Virus record (IMG/VR): IMGVR_UViG_3300032239_000345
Coordinates: 1-32,755 of that record
DNA: 32,755 nt
Direction: 5' to 3' (one strand)
Origin: a virus
Lineage: Duplodnaviria; Caudoviricetes
The notes beneath the pieces are model-generated. The model worked only from the letters and a program-made list of their open reading frames with translations. It searched no databases and was not told where the DNA came from. Shown here piece by piece: positions 8,701 to 18,776 of this stretch. The position numbers and the translations under genes were made by a program. The stretch's first letter is position 1. The number at the start of each line of letters is the position of its first letter.

Positions 8701-11442
8701 ATGCCATCATTATACGGTACCAATACCAATTACACTGTAGTCAGCACAGCCACAAACAGTTTGTATGCGTGGGGCACTACGGGCACGGTGATCACGGGTA
8801 CAGTTCAAACCAGCTTTATGCCTGGTTTATATCAAGGTTCAAGTGTGCCACAGCCCACCAATGCATCAGCATTATTGACCCTGTTGGACAACAATGGTGA
8901 TGTTCACTTTGCCCTAGATCCCATAACTGGTTACAGCACAATCATTGCCACTACCACAGGCAGTCAAACCACAGCCAGTATCACAGTGTTGGCACGTGAC
9001 TCCATTTCAGCTGGTGCTCGCATTCAATACAGTAATGTAACAGGCGTTATTACAGCCACTAATCAGGTGGGTAATTATAATATCACAGGCGATGTTATTT
9101 CAAATGGTGTGAATCATGGCATACAATTTGTAACCAATAGTAAAAATTGGACACTAAATCCAGATGGCACAACCAAATTTCCTGGATATGTATTTCCCAG
9201 CAACCATGGTCTTGGTGGGCAGTCATTGTATGATGATGGCAATGGTAATTTGTATTGGAACACAGTTACCAATTATTCCACAGCCACAACTGACGTATTT
9301 GCTGGTGACACTGTTACAACAGTATTCACACTGACCAACAAACCCATTGCACAACCATTTGTCACTGTTTATATCAGTGGTGTTACACAAACTCCTGGTG
9401 CAAGTTGGACATTACAAAATGGTAATCAAATTGTATTTTCCACAGCACCACCAGCCAGTAATGTGCCAGGTTATCCCAACAACATTGTGGTCACGTATTT
9501 CAGTATTGTTACCTCAGCATTGATTCCAGGACCACAAGGTATTCAAGGCGTTCAGGGCGCTAATGGCTCTCAAGGCATAACGGGTGCTCAAGGAACACAG
9601 GGCGCTGGCGTTCAAGGTAGTCAAGGCACAACTGGTTCTGGCACACAAGGCGTTCAAGGCGCAAATGGCGTGCAGGGCAATCAAGGGGCAGGCACACAGG
9701 GCGCACAAGGCGTTCAAGGTCCAGGAGTTGGAGCACAAGGACCACAAGGAACCGTAGGCACTCAAGGTCTACAAGGAACTCAAGGCACTATTGGTGCGGG
9801 AACACAAGGCGCAATAGGTCCACAAGGGGTTGGTGGTGCAAGTGGTGCAGGTATTGGTTATTATGGTATAAGGGGTACTATTGGATTACCTGGACAAGAT
9901 TTCCCTCCATATAATTATCCTCCTTATCCTACAGTTCAAACATCTGCAATTAATATATTGTATTCATCTACATCTACATCTACTAATCAAAGTGTAGGAA
10001 CAATTGCTATTGGTTCCCATGCTGGAGAATTAAATCAAGGTAGAGTAAGTGTTGCATTAGGCACAGAAGCAGGACACGATACACAAGGCCAGTGGGCTGT
10101 AGGTGTTGGTGGATTTTCTGGAGCTAATCTGCAAGGTGATTACACCGTTGCTGTTGGATATGCCGCTGGACAGGATCACCAAAAGCAATCAGCTGTAGCA
10201 ATAGGTAGTTTTGCGGGTGCATCTTATCAAGGTTATAATTCAGTGGCTGTTGGTCAATTCGCTGGCTATCAAAATCAAGGTGATGGTGCAATTGCCATTG
10301 GTGAAGTAGCTGGTCAGATAGGACAAAACCCCTATTCAATTGCTATAGGTTATTCAGCGGGTCAAGGACAGGTTTATCCAGATGGCACAGGTTTATCTAC
10401 AAGTTCAATTGCCATTGGTGCTCAATCAGGATATAAAGTTGGATTTAATTCTATTGAAATTGGTTCTTATTCTACTTGGACAAGTACTTCTACTTTAGCA
10501 AATAATACTATTTTATTAAATGCAACAGGTCAAGGAATTAAAGCTACTAATTCTGGATTATATATTGCACCAATTCGTAACTCATCTTCTACCTACGCTG
10601 TATATTACAATCCGTCAACTTCTGAAATAACATATAGTTATGGATCAGGAGCACCAGGTGCTCCTGGTGCAGGTATTGGTTATTATGGTACTAGTGAACA
10701 GATTAACATATTCACTAATACTACAACTACTGCCATAAGCCAAGGAAGTGGAACTATTTCAATTGGTAAACAAGCAGGTTATGATAATCAACACAGCCTG
10801 GCTGTCGCCATTGGTTATCTTGCTGGATATCAAAATCAACAAACTTTTGCTACTGCTATTGGCCAAAATGCAGGTTATCAAACACAAGGCCAGTATGCAA
10901 TTGCTATTGGCCAAAGTGCAGGTAATGATCACCAAGGTGAACACTCTATTGCTATGGGTTGGAATGCGGCTTCTTACCCCAACAGCGGACCTAACGGTAT
11001 TGCATTGGGACAGTATGCTGGTTGGTGTCAAAACACAGGTTCAATTGCCATTGGTTATCAAGCAGGTATTAACGGATTTCAACTTGGACCATACAAAATA
11101 AGTTCTGGCACAAACGTTATAGCCATTGGTTATAATGCTGGCCAAGTGCAATATAGTAATGCTATTGCTATTGGAGCTACATCAGGTGGCGGTAATGGAC
11201 AATCTCCTCAAGGTGCAAACAGTATTGCCATTGGTAATTTGGCTGGAAGTGCCCCTGCATTAAATTTTGGTCAAGCCGCAAATAGTATTATATTAAACGC
11301 TACAGGAGTTGCATTAACTACTGCTACAACATCTTCATTTATTGTTAAACCAATTCGTCAAGTGGTTAATGGTAGTTTACCCACAGGATTTTACAACATG
11401 GCCTACAACCCAACAACTGGTGAAATAATTTACTGGACATAA
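8701..11442 (+). CDS. Tail fibre with collagen-like segment and two tandem YadA-head-like (AIAIG..AG) repeat modules
   Basis: G-X-Q triplets at about aa 276-380; repeated [AS][IV]A[IV]G..AG units; F.GD.VTT.FTL domain. Confidence 0.85.
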   Translation: MPSLYGTNTNYTVVSTATNSLYAWGTTGTVITGTVQTSFMPGLYQGSSVPQPTNASALLTLLDNNGDVHFALDPITGYSTIIATTTGSQTTASITVLARDSISAGARIQYSNVTGVITATNQVGNYNITGDVISNGVNHGIQFVTNSKNWTLNPDGTTKFPGYVFPSNHGLGGQSLYDDGNGNLYWNTVTNYSTATTDVFAGDTVTTVFTLTNKPIAQPFVTVYISGVTQTPGASWTLQNGNQIVFSTAPPASNVPGYPNNIVVTYFSIVTSALIPGPQGIQGVQGANGSQGITGAQGTQGAGVQGSQGTTGSGTQGVQGANGVQGNQGAGTQGAQGVQGPGVGAQGPQGTVGTQGLQGTQGTIGAGTQGAIGPQGVGGASGAGIGYYGIRGTIGLPGQDFPPYNYPPYPTVQTSAINILYSSTSTSTNQSVGTIAIGSHAGELNQGRVSVALGTEAGHDTQGQWAVGVGGFSGANLQGDYTVAVGYAAGQDHQKQSAVAIGSFAGASYQGYNSVAVGQFAGYQNQGDGAIAIGEVAGQIGQNPYSIAIGYSAGQGQVYPDGTGLSTSSIAIGAQSGYKVGFNSIEIGSYSTWTSTSTLANNTILLNATGQGIKATNSGLYIAPIRNSSSTYAVYYNPSTSEITYSYGSGAPGAPGAGIGYYGTSEQINIFTNTTTTAISQGSGTISIGKQAGYDNQHSLAVAIGYLAGYQNQQTFATAIGQNAGYQTQGQYAIAIGQSAGNDHQGEHSIAMGWNAASYPNSGPNGIALGQYAGWCQNTGSIAIGYQAGINGFQLGPYKISSGTNVIAIGYNAGQVQYSNAIAIGATSGGGNGQSPQGANSIAIGNLAGSAPALNFGQAANSIILNATGVALTTATTSSFIVKPIRQVVNGSLPTGFYNMAYNPTTGEIIYWT
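9526..9840 (+). repeat. Interrupted collagen-like Gly-X-Gln repeats
   Basis: PGPQGIQGVQGANGSQG...; recurring caaggc/cagggc units in the DNA. Confidence 0.9.
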
Positions 11443-11445
11443 TAA

Positions 11446-11712
11446 ATGTTAACACAAATTACAAATAATTTAATTGCGGATAAAGCAGTTGGCTTGAATT
11501 CGCTAAACGCAGATCCCGCACAGGCCAATAGCAAAACACTGTTGAGTGGCGCATTTGCCTGGCTATATCAAGACAGCCACTATTTTGACTTTGGTAGCAT
11601 CAATGTTGGAGTAGATAATGTGATACAATTACTGTTACAAACAAGCAATGTGGATTTTGGAACAGATTTACAGCCCAGCACAGTTCTTTATGATGCTGGC
11701 ACAATAGTTTAA
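11446..11712 (+). CDS. Small tail-fibre-associated protein
   Basis: 88 aa with repeated DFG/DAG motifs, between the two fibre genes. Confidence 0.65.
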   Translation: MLTQITNNLIADKAVGLNSLNADPAQANSKTLLSGAFAWLYQDSHYFDFGSINVGVDNVIQLLLQTSNVDFGTDLQPSTVLYDAGTIV

Positions 11713-11723
11713 AGGAAAAGAAC

Positions 11724-13778
11724 ATGCCATTACAAATTAGACGCGGCACAAACGCAGAAAGATTATCAATCACACCAGCCGCAGGTGAACCAATTTATGC
11801 CACTGACACACATGTGTTGGCAGTGGGTGATGGAGTTACACCAGGTGGTTACGTGGTTGGTGGTTATACGCTAAACACAGCCACTGCCACTGTGTTAGGT
11901 GGCATCAAAGTTGGTTCAAACTTGAGCATTGCCGCAGATGGCACACTGAGTGCAACCGCTCAAGCATTTACAGGCACTGCATTTAACTTAACAGCCACAA
12001 ACCAATTGACTGTGGGCAATCGTGCAGGTGTATATGTAACACTTGATACCACTGGCAATGCTGGAACTTGGGCAACATTTAGCACAAATAATGCTTTTTC
12101 TTTTGATAAAACTGTAAACTTTACAGGTGGCAGTGGCATTAATGGATCCATTGTATTATACAATGGTATAACTGGTGGACCCAATGGCTATACTCCAGTC
12201 GTAGTTTGGAATCCATTGAGTGTGGTCATGAATAGTCAAACACTATTGGCAGTTACCAACACCAATGCCACATTTACAGTGCCTGTTGTAGGCACAACTG
12301 CCACATTCAACAATGTGGCCATTGGACTAACCACTATTGTAAGTTCTGGATCTACCAGTACACTGACAGCATCAACATCAGGTAATATTTTAATCACTGG
12401 CAGTCAAGTTCAATATATTCAACTACCAGATGCCACAACATTATCTAATGGCGCTTTATATTTCATCAACAACAACAGCAGTTATACTGGCAGTATTCCT
12501 GTTAAAAATGCTGGTGGCACTCAAATAGGCAGTGTTGCATATGGTGCCGCGGCCAACATTATTTTAACAACCAATTCTACAGCCAATGGCACTTGGGATT
12601 TCCATGGATTTGTGCCTAGCGCAGTGATATTTGGTCAAAATTCATTGCAATTAGGCAGTAGTTCTTATACCATTGGTGCCAATAACTCAACATTGACAGT
12701 GGGCAATAGCAGTGGCAATTTGGTATTGAATGGTTCTATCAACCAAGTCAAATTCAGTGATGCCACAATTCAAACCACAGCTTATTTGGGAACTGCCACA
12801 GCCACAACAGTGGGTGGTGTTAAAGTTGGTAGTGGTATTAACTTGGCAGGTGATGGCACTATTAGTGTTACGCCATACACACTAACATCAGCCACATCTA
12901 CAACATTGGGTGGTGTTAAAGTTGGTCCAGGTTCAACCACTGGACTTTATTTGACCAGTGATGGATCATTGAGATTACAACAACCCAGCTATGCTATCAG
13001 CAATAGCAGTGCGTTGGGTTCATATAGTGCAAGTGTAAACAGCACTTCAACTAATAGTTTGGCCAGCACTTGGACAACATCATTAATAGTAACTAATGAA
13101 ACTGGTGGATATGCTACACTTACAGTTGTGGCACCATACACAGGTCAGCCCAATACCAGCACAGTAGTTTATAGTTCAACTGGACCAGTCACTATTGCAG
13201 CCAGCAGTGGCACAAACTCTGCTTATGCAGGATTTACATTTACTGCCAATGGTGGAGCACGTAGTGATAGCAGTGGAATTTATTTCCCAGACAGCACATT
13301 CCAACAAACTGCCTATTTGAATGCCAAAACCATGTATGCCAAGGGCAAGATTGTTTCTGGTAATCCTGCAACAACCAGCACATATGGCATATTGCCCATG
13401 AATACCAGCACAGCTGGCACAAGTTTGGGCTTTGTGAATGATCCTAACTACTTCATTGGCGCAACCAATTATAGATTCACTCCTACAGTAGCAGGCATGT
13501 ATATGATTAATGCCATTGCAACATTTAACCCCACATTCAATACCGCTGACACGGGCACAATTGGATTTGCGTTCTATAAGAATGGTAGTATTGCCAATGC
13601 CGTAGTTGATCAAGTCAACGTGTATCAACAAAAAACTTTGACATTGTCTGGCATGCCTTTCATGAATGGCACAACTGATTACGTTGACTTCCGCGCAATA
13701 AGTGGTGCAATTAGTCAAACACAGACCATTAACGGCACGCAAAACTACACCAGCTTCTGGATTAACTTGGTAAGATAA
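11724..13778 (+). CDS. Second tail fibre: Mtd N-terminal-like anchor, AT...LGG[IV]KVG repeats, C-terminal C1q/TNF-like domain
   Basis: N-terminus MPLQIRRGT...P..GE..Y.TDT; three GG[IV]KVG repeats; two F.D.T.Q.TAY repeats; C-terminal RFTPTVAG.Y...FYKNG...NGTTDYV. Confidence 0.8.
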   Translation: MPLQIRRGTNAERLSITPAAGEPIYATDTHVLAVGDGVTPGGYVVGGYTLNTATATVLGGIKVGSNLSIAADGTLSATAQAFTGTAFNLTATNQLTVGNRAGVYVTLDTTGNAGTWATFSTNNAFSFDKTVNFTGGSGINGSIVLYNGITGGPNGYTPVVVWNPLSVVMNSQTLLAVTNTNATFTVPVVGTTATFNNVAIGLTTIVSSGSTSTLTASTSGNILITGSQVQYIQLPDATTLSNGALYFINNNSSYTGSIPVKNAGGTQIGSVAYGAAANIILTTNSTANGTWDFHGFVPSAVIFGQNSLQLGSSSYTIGANNSTLTVGNSSGNLVLNGSINQVKFSDATIQTTAYLGTATATTVGGVKVGSGINLAGDGTISVTPYTLTSATSTTLGGVKVGPGSTTGLYLTSDGSLRLQQPSYAISNSSALGSYSASVNSTSTNSLASTWTTSLIVTNETGGYATLTVVAPYTGQPNTSTVVYSSTGPVTIAASSGTNSAYAGFTFTANGGARSDSSGIYFPDSTFQQTAYLNAKTMYAKGKIVSGNPATTSTYGILPMNTSTAGTSLGFVNDPNYFIGATNYRFTPTVAGMYMINAIATFNPTFNTADTGTIGFAFYKNGSIANAVVDQVNVYQQKTLTLSGMPFMNGTTDYVDFRAISGAISQTQTINGTQNYTSFWINLVR

Positions 13779-14020
13779 TGAGCACAATACAGACCATTGA
13801 TGCAGAAAGTAATAGCCTTGAGACACACGTGGAATTGTGTGCTCAACGCTATGAAGCATTGGATCAAAGATTGATCAGTGTGGAAAACAAAATTGATGGT
13901 GTACACATGCGAGTTGAAATTCTACATGCTGACTTATGGAAAGTTCTAATTGGCACAATTGGCACAGTTCTAGTCAGCATTATTACCACAGCAGGCGTGA
14001 TAATTACACATATAAAATAA
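13778..14020 (+). CDS. Small coiled-coil protein with one C-terminal transmembrane helix (holin-like candidate)
   Basis: 80 aa; coiled coil followed by VLIGTIGTVLVSIITTAGVII. Confidence 0.55.
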   Translation: MSTIQTIDAESNSLETHVELCAQRYEALDQRLISVENKIDGVHMRVEILHADLWKVLIGTIGTVLVSIITTAGVIITHIK

Positions 14021-14029
14021 GAGAAAGAT

Positions 14030-15931
14030 ATGACAATTCAAACAGTAAAAATTCCATTTGCCAAAATGTCATACACGCCTGATGTGCCTTCAGCGGCCTT
14101 GGGTCCCAATGAATACAATGCAGGTAAAAATGTTGAAACTGATATCCGTGGTATTCGCAGTGTAGCAGGTGACCAAGTTATTCTTACACCAGTACCAGGC
14201 ACACCTACCTACGTGACAGGTGGATTTAGACGCAATGGTGAATTTTGGTTTGTAGCTGTCACAACTGAAGGTAAATTTTGGGCCTCTAATGGCACAACGG
14301 ATTGGTATGATATTACTCCACAAGGTGTAGGTGACTTTACTCATTATGCACAAAATACTAACATTACAGAATGTTGGAATGGTAATGTATTGTTCTTAAA
14401 TGATGAACACAATCCTCCCATGTTTTGGCCAGACAGTCAAAGTGCTGTATTGGTCATGTATAGCAATCAACAACCTTTGAATATTGCCAACATTGTGAAT
14501 CCAGATGTAACACATCGTACTGTTCAATTTAGTGATGTTGGCACTGCACCATTCCAAGTGGGCAGTTATATTGTTATTGCTGATGTTAATCCACGTTATT
14601 ATAATGGCACATTCCTAGTCACTGCCTGCACCAGCGGCAGTGTTACCTATGTGGACAACACTGTGGGACCATACTCAAGCGGTGGCACAGTAAGTCCTGC
14701 TTATACTTGGAACTATAATCCCAATTGGGCCAGTGTCTATGCCAAATGGATGCGTTTGTATAACACACCCAACGTGGGTAGTATTTTAGTAGCAGGTAAT
14801 TTGACTGCAACTCCAGTGGCCAATACCAGCACACAACAGATATATCCTGTGACCATACAGTGGAGTCAGGCATTTGGACTTAACCAAGCACCAACAACTT
14901 GGACACCCACAATTACCAACGTGGCCAACCAGTTGGAAGTTCCTCTGCGTGGACCTGCTGTGGATGGCTTTCCCTGTAATGGACAGTTTTTTCTATGCAG
15001 TTATTGGGACACCGTTGTGTTCTCACCCCTGAACTTCCAAACCACAAGTGCGCCAATTCTTGGTGTAAGATTGTATAATCAAGGTCGTGGCCTACTAACA
15101 TCCAATGCTTGGGCCAATACTGACAACATGGTGTATGGCATTGATGCTCGTGACATATGGGCATTTGATGGCACTAACTTTACTCCATTAGGTAATCAGC
15201 GTGTGAAGAATTGGTTCTATGACCAGCTTGATCCCAAATATTATGATCGTATTTGGATGGATGTTAACACACAAAAGAATCAAATTGAAATTTACTACCC
15301 AGACAAACAAAGCACAGATGGTGTGCCCAACAAGGTATTAACTTATCGTTATGACATTGACTGCTGGAATGCACCGCGTGATGTTAACCGTGCAACATTC
15401 AGTTGTGAAGCTCCTGTTTACATGAATGGACAATTCAATCCCAGTTTACGTACCACAATATATGCACGTGCCAGCAAAAATGTGCCTTTGGTTCAAAAGG
15501 ATCAAGGATTCCATTTTGTTACCACATCCAGCACCAGCACATTTGTTAGCATTGACAGTGAATTCCGCAGAGACAATATTAAGATATTACCTAACTATAC
15601 CAGCCATGTCATGGTTCACCGCGTGTTGCCTGAAATGGTTAATATTGGTGCAGACATGAACGCAGGCAATGAATTACCTATCTATCCAAGTTTAGGTAGT
15701 TTAAATGTTACTGTGCAAGGTGCCAATTCAGTGGGATCCACAGCCAGCCAAATTACCACAGTCACTCTAGCAGTGGATGCAAATGGTAATCCTGGTAATA
15801 ATCCATGGGCACAGATCAACAACAACGCTTATCGTGTAAACACACTAATTTTAAGCACCAGCAGTACCAGCACAATTTGGTTATGCAATGCTGTGACCAT
15901 GCAGGTGGCTGATGTTGAGGAAGATAGATAA
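14030..15931 (+). CDS. Putative tail hub / packaged-DNA stabilisation protein (P22 gp10-like position)
   Basis: 633 aa, beta-rich and propeller-like (IQWS, W.P, DIWAFDG); lies before the ejection genes. Confidence 0.65.
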   Translation: MTIQTVKIPFAKMSYTPDVPSAALGPNEYNAGKNVETDIRGIRSVAGDQVILTPVPGTPTYVTGGFRRNGEFWFVAVTTEGKFWASNGTTDWYDITPQGVGDFTHYAQNTNITECWNGNVLFLNDEHNPPMFWPDSQSAVLVMYSNQQPLNIANIVNPDVTHRTVQFSDVGTAPFQVGSYIVIADVNPRYYNGTFLVTACTSGSVTYVDNTVGPYSSGGTVSPAYTWNYNPNWASVYAKWMRLYNTPNVGSILVAGNLTATPVANTSTQQIYPVTIQWSQAFGLNQAPTTWTPTITNVANQLEVPLRGPAVDGFPCNGQFFLCSYWDTVVFSPLNFQTTSAPILGVRLYNQGRGLLTSNAWANTDNMVYGIDARDIWAFDGTNFTPLGNQRVKNWFYDQLDPKYYDRIWMDVNTQKNQIEIYYPDKQSTDGVPNKVLTYRYDIDCWNAPRDVNRATFSCEAPVYMNGQFNPSLRTTIYARASKNVPLVQKDQGFHFVTTSSTSTFVSIDSEFRRDNIKILPNYTSHVMVHRVLPEMVNIGADMNAGNELPIYPSLGSLNVTVQGANSVGSTASQITTVTLAVDANGNPGNNPWAQINNNAYRVNTLILSTSSTSTIWLCNAVTMQVADVEEDR

Positions 15932-16824
15932 TGAGTCAATATCCAGTACAGGATCAACCCAGTTTAATCAACGCTGTTAATTTGTTGTTATCAGGTCCTG
16001 GTGGTCTTGGACAAAATTATAGTGGTGTTAGTGATTATGCTCCAGCATATCTACGTGGCACATATCGTCAGCCATTTAGTGTGACCATTACAACTGGCAC
16101 CAATACGATTCCTTGGTATACTACACCTGTGGGCATTAATAACATTGTAATACAAAATGTTGTGAGTGGACAAAGCAGAAACTTTGCAGTCACACTAACC
16201 ACTGCCACTAGCCAACCTTTGTTTGTTGCAGGTGACATTGTTTATATTCATGATGTTAATCCAGATTATTTTAATGATTCTTGGACTGTGTTGACTTGCA
16301 CTACCAGCACAGTGCAAATTCAAACCAATAATCTATATACATTTCCATCCTATATTAGTGGTGGTAATATACACAAAGATAATAGTGACGAGTTTATTTC
16401 CACAGATGCCAATGCTCGTGTAACAATCACAGGTCCCACAGAACAAGCATTTATTTCTGGACAATTAAATTTGGATTTTACCTACACCTGCAATACTTCT
16501 AGTCAGTTTGATCTTGTGGTAGCAGTGAATCGTTACAAGGGCAGTCCAAATACTGCTGTGGGAGGCACTGATTATTTCTTTAATCTTGATGCCACATTGA
16601 GCAGTCAAACCAAAAATTATTCAGTTAGTTCAACTGGCACTCAATCATTAAGCACAGTGTTTAGCACAGTTATTGACAAGCCCAGTTATGGTTATTATTG
16701 GTATATTATTGAACTGAGTTTTAATACCAAAGATGCAAATGGTAATGCTTACCCAGGTAACGCACTACCAGGCACATTTACTGAAAACTTTAGAAGTTTG
16801 ATTGCCCAGGTTATCAAGCAATAA
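15931..16824 (+). CDS. Virion structural (tail) protein
   Basis: 297 aa, Thr/Ser-rich beta protein; shares a DVNP.Y.N beta module with the upstream gene. Confidence 0.65.
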   Translation: MSQYPVQDQPSLINAVNLLLSGPGGLGQNYSGVSDYAPAYLRGTYRQPFSVTITTGTNTIPWYTTPVGINNIVIQNVVSGQSRNFAVTLTTATSQPLFVAGDIVYIHDVNPDYFNDSWTVLTCTTSTVQIQTNNLYTFPSYISGGNIHKDNSDEFISTDANARVTITGPTEQAFISGQLNLDFTYTCNTSSQFDLVVAVNRYKGSPNTAVGGTDYFFNLDATLSSQTKNYSVSSTGTQSLSTVFSTVIDKPSYGYYWYIIELSFNTKDANGNAYPGNALPGTFTENFRSLIAQVIKQ

Positions 16825-16857
16825 AACCCTATCAACAAGCCCAACCAGTAGGATGCA

Positions 16858-16864
16858 ATAAATA
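16858..16864 (+). promoter_or_regulatory. ATAAATA box (putative late promoter)
   Basis: Intergenic, 22 nt before ATG 16887. Confidence 0.5.
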
Positions 16865-16886
16865 CTGATTATTGATTGGAGAGGAA

Positions 16887-17336
16887 ATGGTAGAGTTTAA
16901 AGAAGAAGGGTATGAAGATGTCATTAATGAAATCCTACCCTTGTTGGAAGGACATTGGCAAGAGATAGCATTGAATCAGGACACAATTAAATTGAATCCT
17001 GATTATGAGCAGTACAAGGTATTGTTTAGAGTTGGAGCCATGCGAATGGTCACAGCTAGGGAAGAAGGCAAGTTGGTTGGATATTGTATATGTCTAATAA
17101 GACCACATATACACTACAAAGACAGCTTGACCGCAACAAATGATATTTTCTATATTCATCCAGATTATAGAAAAGGCATGACGGGAGTCAAGTTGTTCAA
17201 GGCAGTAGAAACTATTATGAAATCATATGGTGTGCAGAGAATAATGATGATGACCAAAAAGCATAAGGATGTTGGTCCAATTTTTGAAAGATTGGGCTAT
17301 ACAGAAGCAGAAAGAGTCTTTACAAAGGTGATATAA
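16887..17336 (+). CDS. GNAT-family acetyltransferase
   Basis: G.LVGY, FYIHPDYRKG.TG.KL (acetyl-CoA motif A), FERLGY; start moved to the ATG after SD GGAGAGG. Confidence 0.85.
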   Translation: MVEFKEEGYEDVINEILPLLEGHWQEIALNQDTIKLNPDYEQYKVLFRVGAMRMVTAREEGKLVGYCICLIRPHIHYKDSLTATNDIFYIHPDYRKGMTGVKLFKAVETIMKSYGVQRIMMMTKKHKDVGPIFERLGYTEAERVFTKVI

Positions 17337-17337
17337 C

Positions 17338-18717
17338 ATGGGTGGAATTGTAGCAATTGTCTCTGGAATCGCAGATTTCTTAGCCGCAGGTGATGTAATT
17401 GGTGCTGTGGCCGCAGGCGCTGAAGCCAGTGAAGTTGCTGGTGCAGTGGCCGCGGGCACTGTGGCAGTGGGTGATGCTGTTGCCGCAGGTATTGGCTTAG
17501 GTGACCTAGTGGCCGCTGGCACAAGTGTTGCTGATCTTACTGCGGCAGGATATACTGCGGCAGATATGGCAGCGGCTGGTATGAGCACAGATGTTCTGGC
17601 TGGTGCTGTGGCCAATGGTATTATTCCAGCGGCTGATGCGGCGGCAGCAGGTGTAACCCAAGAAGCATTGATTGCGGCAGGTGCTGACCCATTGGAAATT
17701 GCCAATGTGTTTGGAGCCCCAGTTGAAGCTCCTGGTATAGCAACTCCAGTGACTGGTGCCGTTGAAACTCCTGTGGTAACTGAAACAGGTGCAGGCTCAG
17801 TTACCCCAGGTGCAGGTGATGTGGCCAGTGTAGAAGTTACTCCTGGTGGCGATGTGGTTAATGGTGTGCAAACTGGTGCTAATCCAACAGGTGTTGAAGG
17901 TACCACAGCCACTGAAACTGGCGCAGTTAATCCAGCAGAAACTACCACTACAACAGGCACTGAAACAGGCACCACTACTGCCACAAGCAATGGTGTAACA
18001 GATCCTGCCACAGGCAATACCACATACACATATGATGATGGCAGTACTTTGACCACAGATGCAAATGGCAACGTGGTCAATTCAACAGACATTAATGGTG
18101 TAACGCAGGCTCCAGTCGTAGACGCAGGGCCAGGAACTCCAGGCACTAACAATCCATATGGTACAGGTGATATTCCATTAGGCACAGCCATTGGTGATTT
18201 AGGCAGTGCTGTGGCTGGCACATTGGGCACAACTGGCCTATTGGCCGCAGGTGCATTAACTGGTGGCCTATTAGCAGGTGGCGGTAATCCCACGGGTACG
18301 GCTGCTGGTGGTAATGGATACCTAGGTGAAAGTCCTTGGTCATGGGGCAAGACACAGGATCTTGTCAAACCTGGCTTAAATCCTGGTTATATTGGTGCCA
18401 CAGCCAGCCAACCATTTTACAAAGATGCGGGACCAAATCAAACACAATATTATTGGGGTGTTCATCCTTATGCTGAAACACAGGCTGATTTGGCCAACTA
18501 TAATAATGTTCCCAATGCACCCACAACACCTTATGGACCCAAAGCCAGTGCAGTGGGTGGCACAAATCAAATGAATATTGGACAGTTTGTTAACAGTATC
18601 TTGGGACAACCCTATTATCCAAGTCCTTCAGGCACAGCGGCTCCAGGCGGAGTTCCAAATGGTCAAGTGTCAGGACCTGTTGCTCCTGTGGCACCTGAAC
18701 CTGTGGCAATGCCATAA
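17338..18717 (+). CDS. Low-complexity Ala/Gly/Thr-rich protein, probable ejection/internal virion protein
   Basis: Hydrophobic Gly/Ala N-terminus, L.AAG repeats, Thr-rich linker, glycine-zipper segment; follows the tail genes. Confidence 0.6.
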   Translation: MGGIVAIVSGIADFLAAGDVIGAVAAGAEASEVAGAVAAGTVAVGDAVAAGIGLGDLVAAGTSVADLTAAGYTAADMAAAGMSTDVLAGAVANGIIPAADAAAAGVTQEALIAAGADPLEIANVFGAPVEAPGIATPVTGAVETPVVTETGAGSVTPGAGDVASVEVTPGGDVVNGVQTGANPTGVEGTTATETGAVNPAETTTTTGTETGTTTATSNGVTDPATGNTTYTYDDGSTLTTDANGNVVNSTDINGVTQAPVVDAGPGTPGTNNPYGTGDIPLGTAIGDLGSAVAGTLGTTGLLAAGALTGGLLAGGGNPTGTAAGGNGYLGESPWSWGKTQDLVKPGLNPGYIGATASQPFYKDAGPNQTQYYWGVHPYAETQADLANYNNVPNAPTTPYGPKASAVGGTNQMNIGQFVNSILGQPYYPSPSGTAAPGGVPNGQVSGPVAPVAPEPVAMP

Positions 18718-18750
18718 TGGGTGCTAACATACCAGCAAAAAAGTAACAAA

Positions 18751-18757
18751 CTAAATA
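18751..18757 (+). promoter_or_regulatory. CTAAATA box (putative late promoter)
   Basis: Intergenic, 19 nt before ATG 18777. Confidence 0.5.
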
Positions 18758-18776
18758 TAAAACAAAGGAAACGATT

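Noticed and set aside
11724-13778. Diversity-generating retroelement suggested by the Mtd-like N-terminus
   Set aside because: No reverse transcriptase and no template/variable repeat pair differing at adenines.
17223-18368. 381-aa minus-strand ORF, and the other minus-strand ORFs such as 13176-13859 and 31159-31698
   Set aside because: These are antisense shadows of low-complexity or biased + strand genes, with no SD, promoter or recognisable motif.
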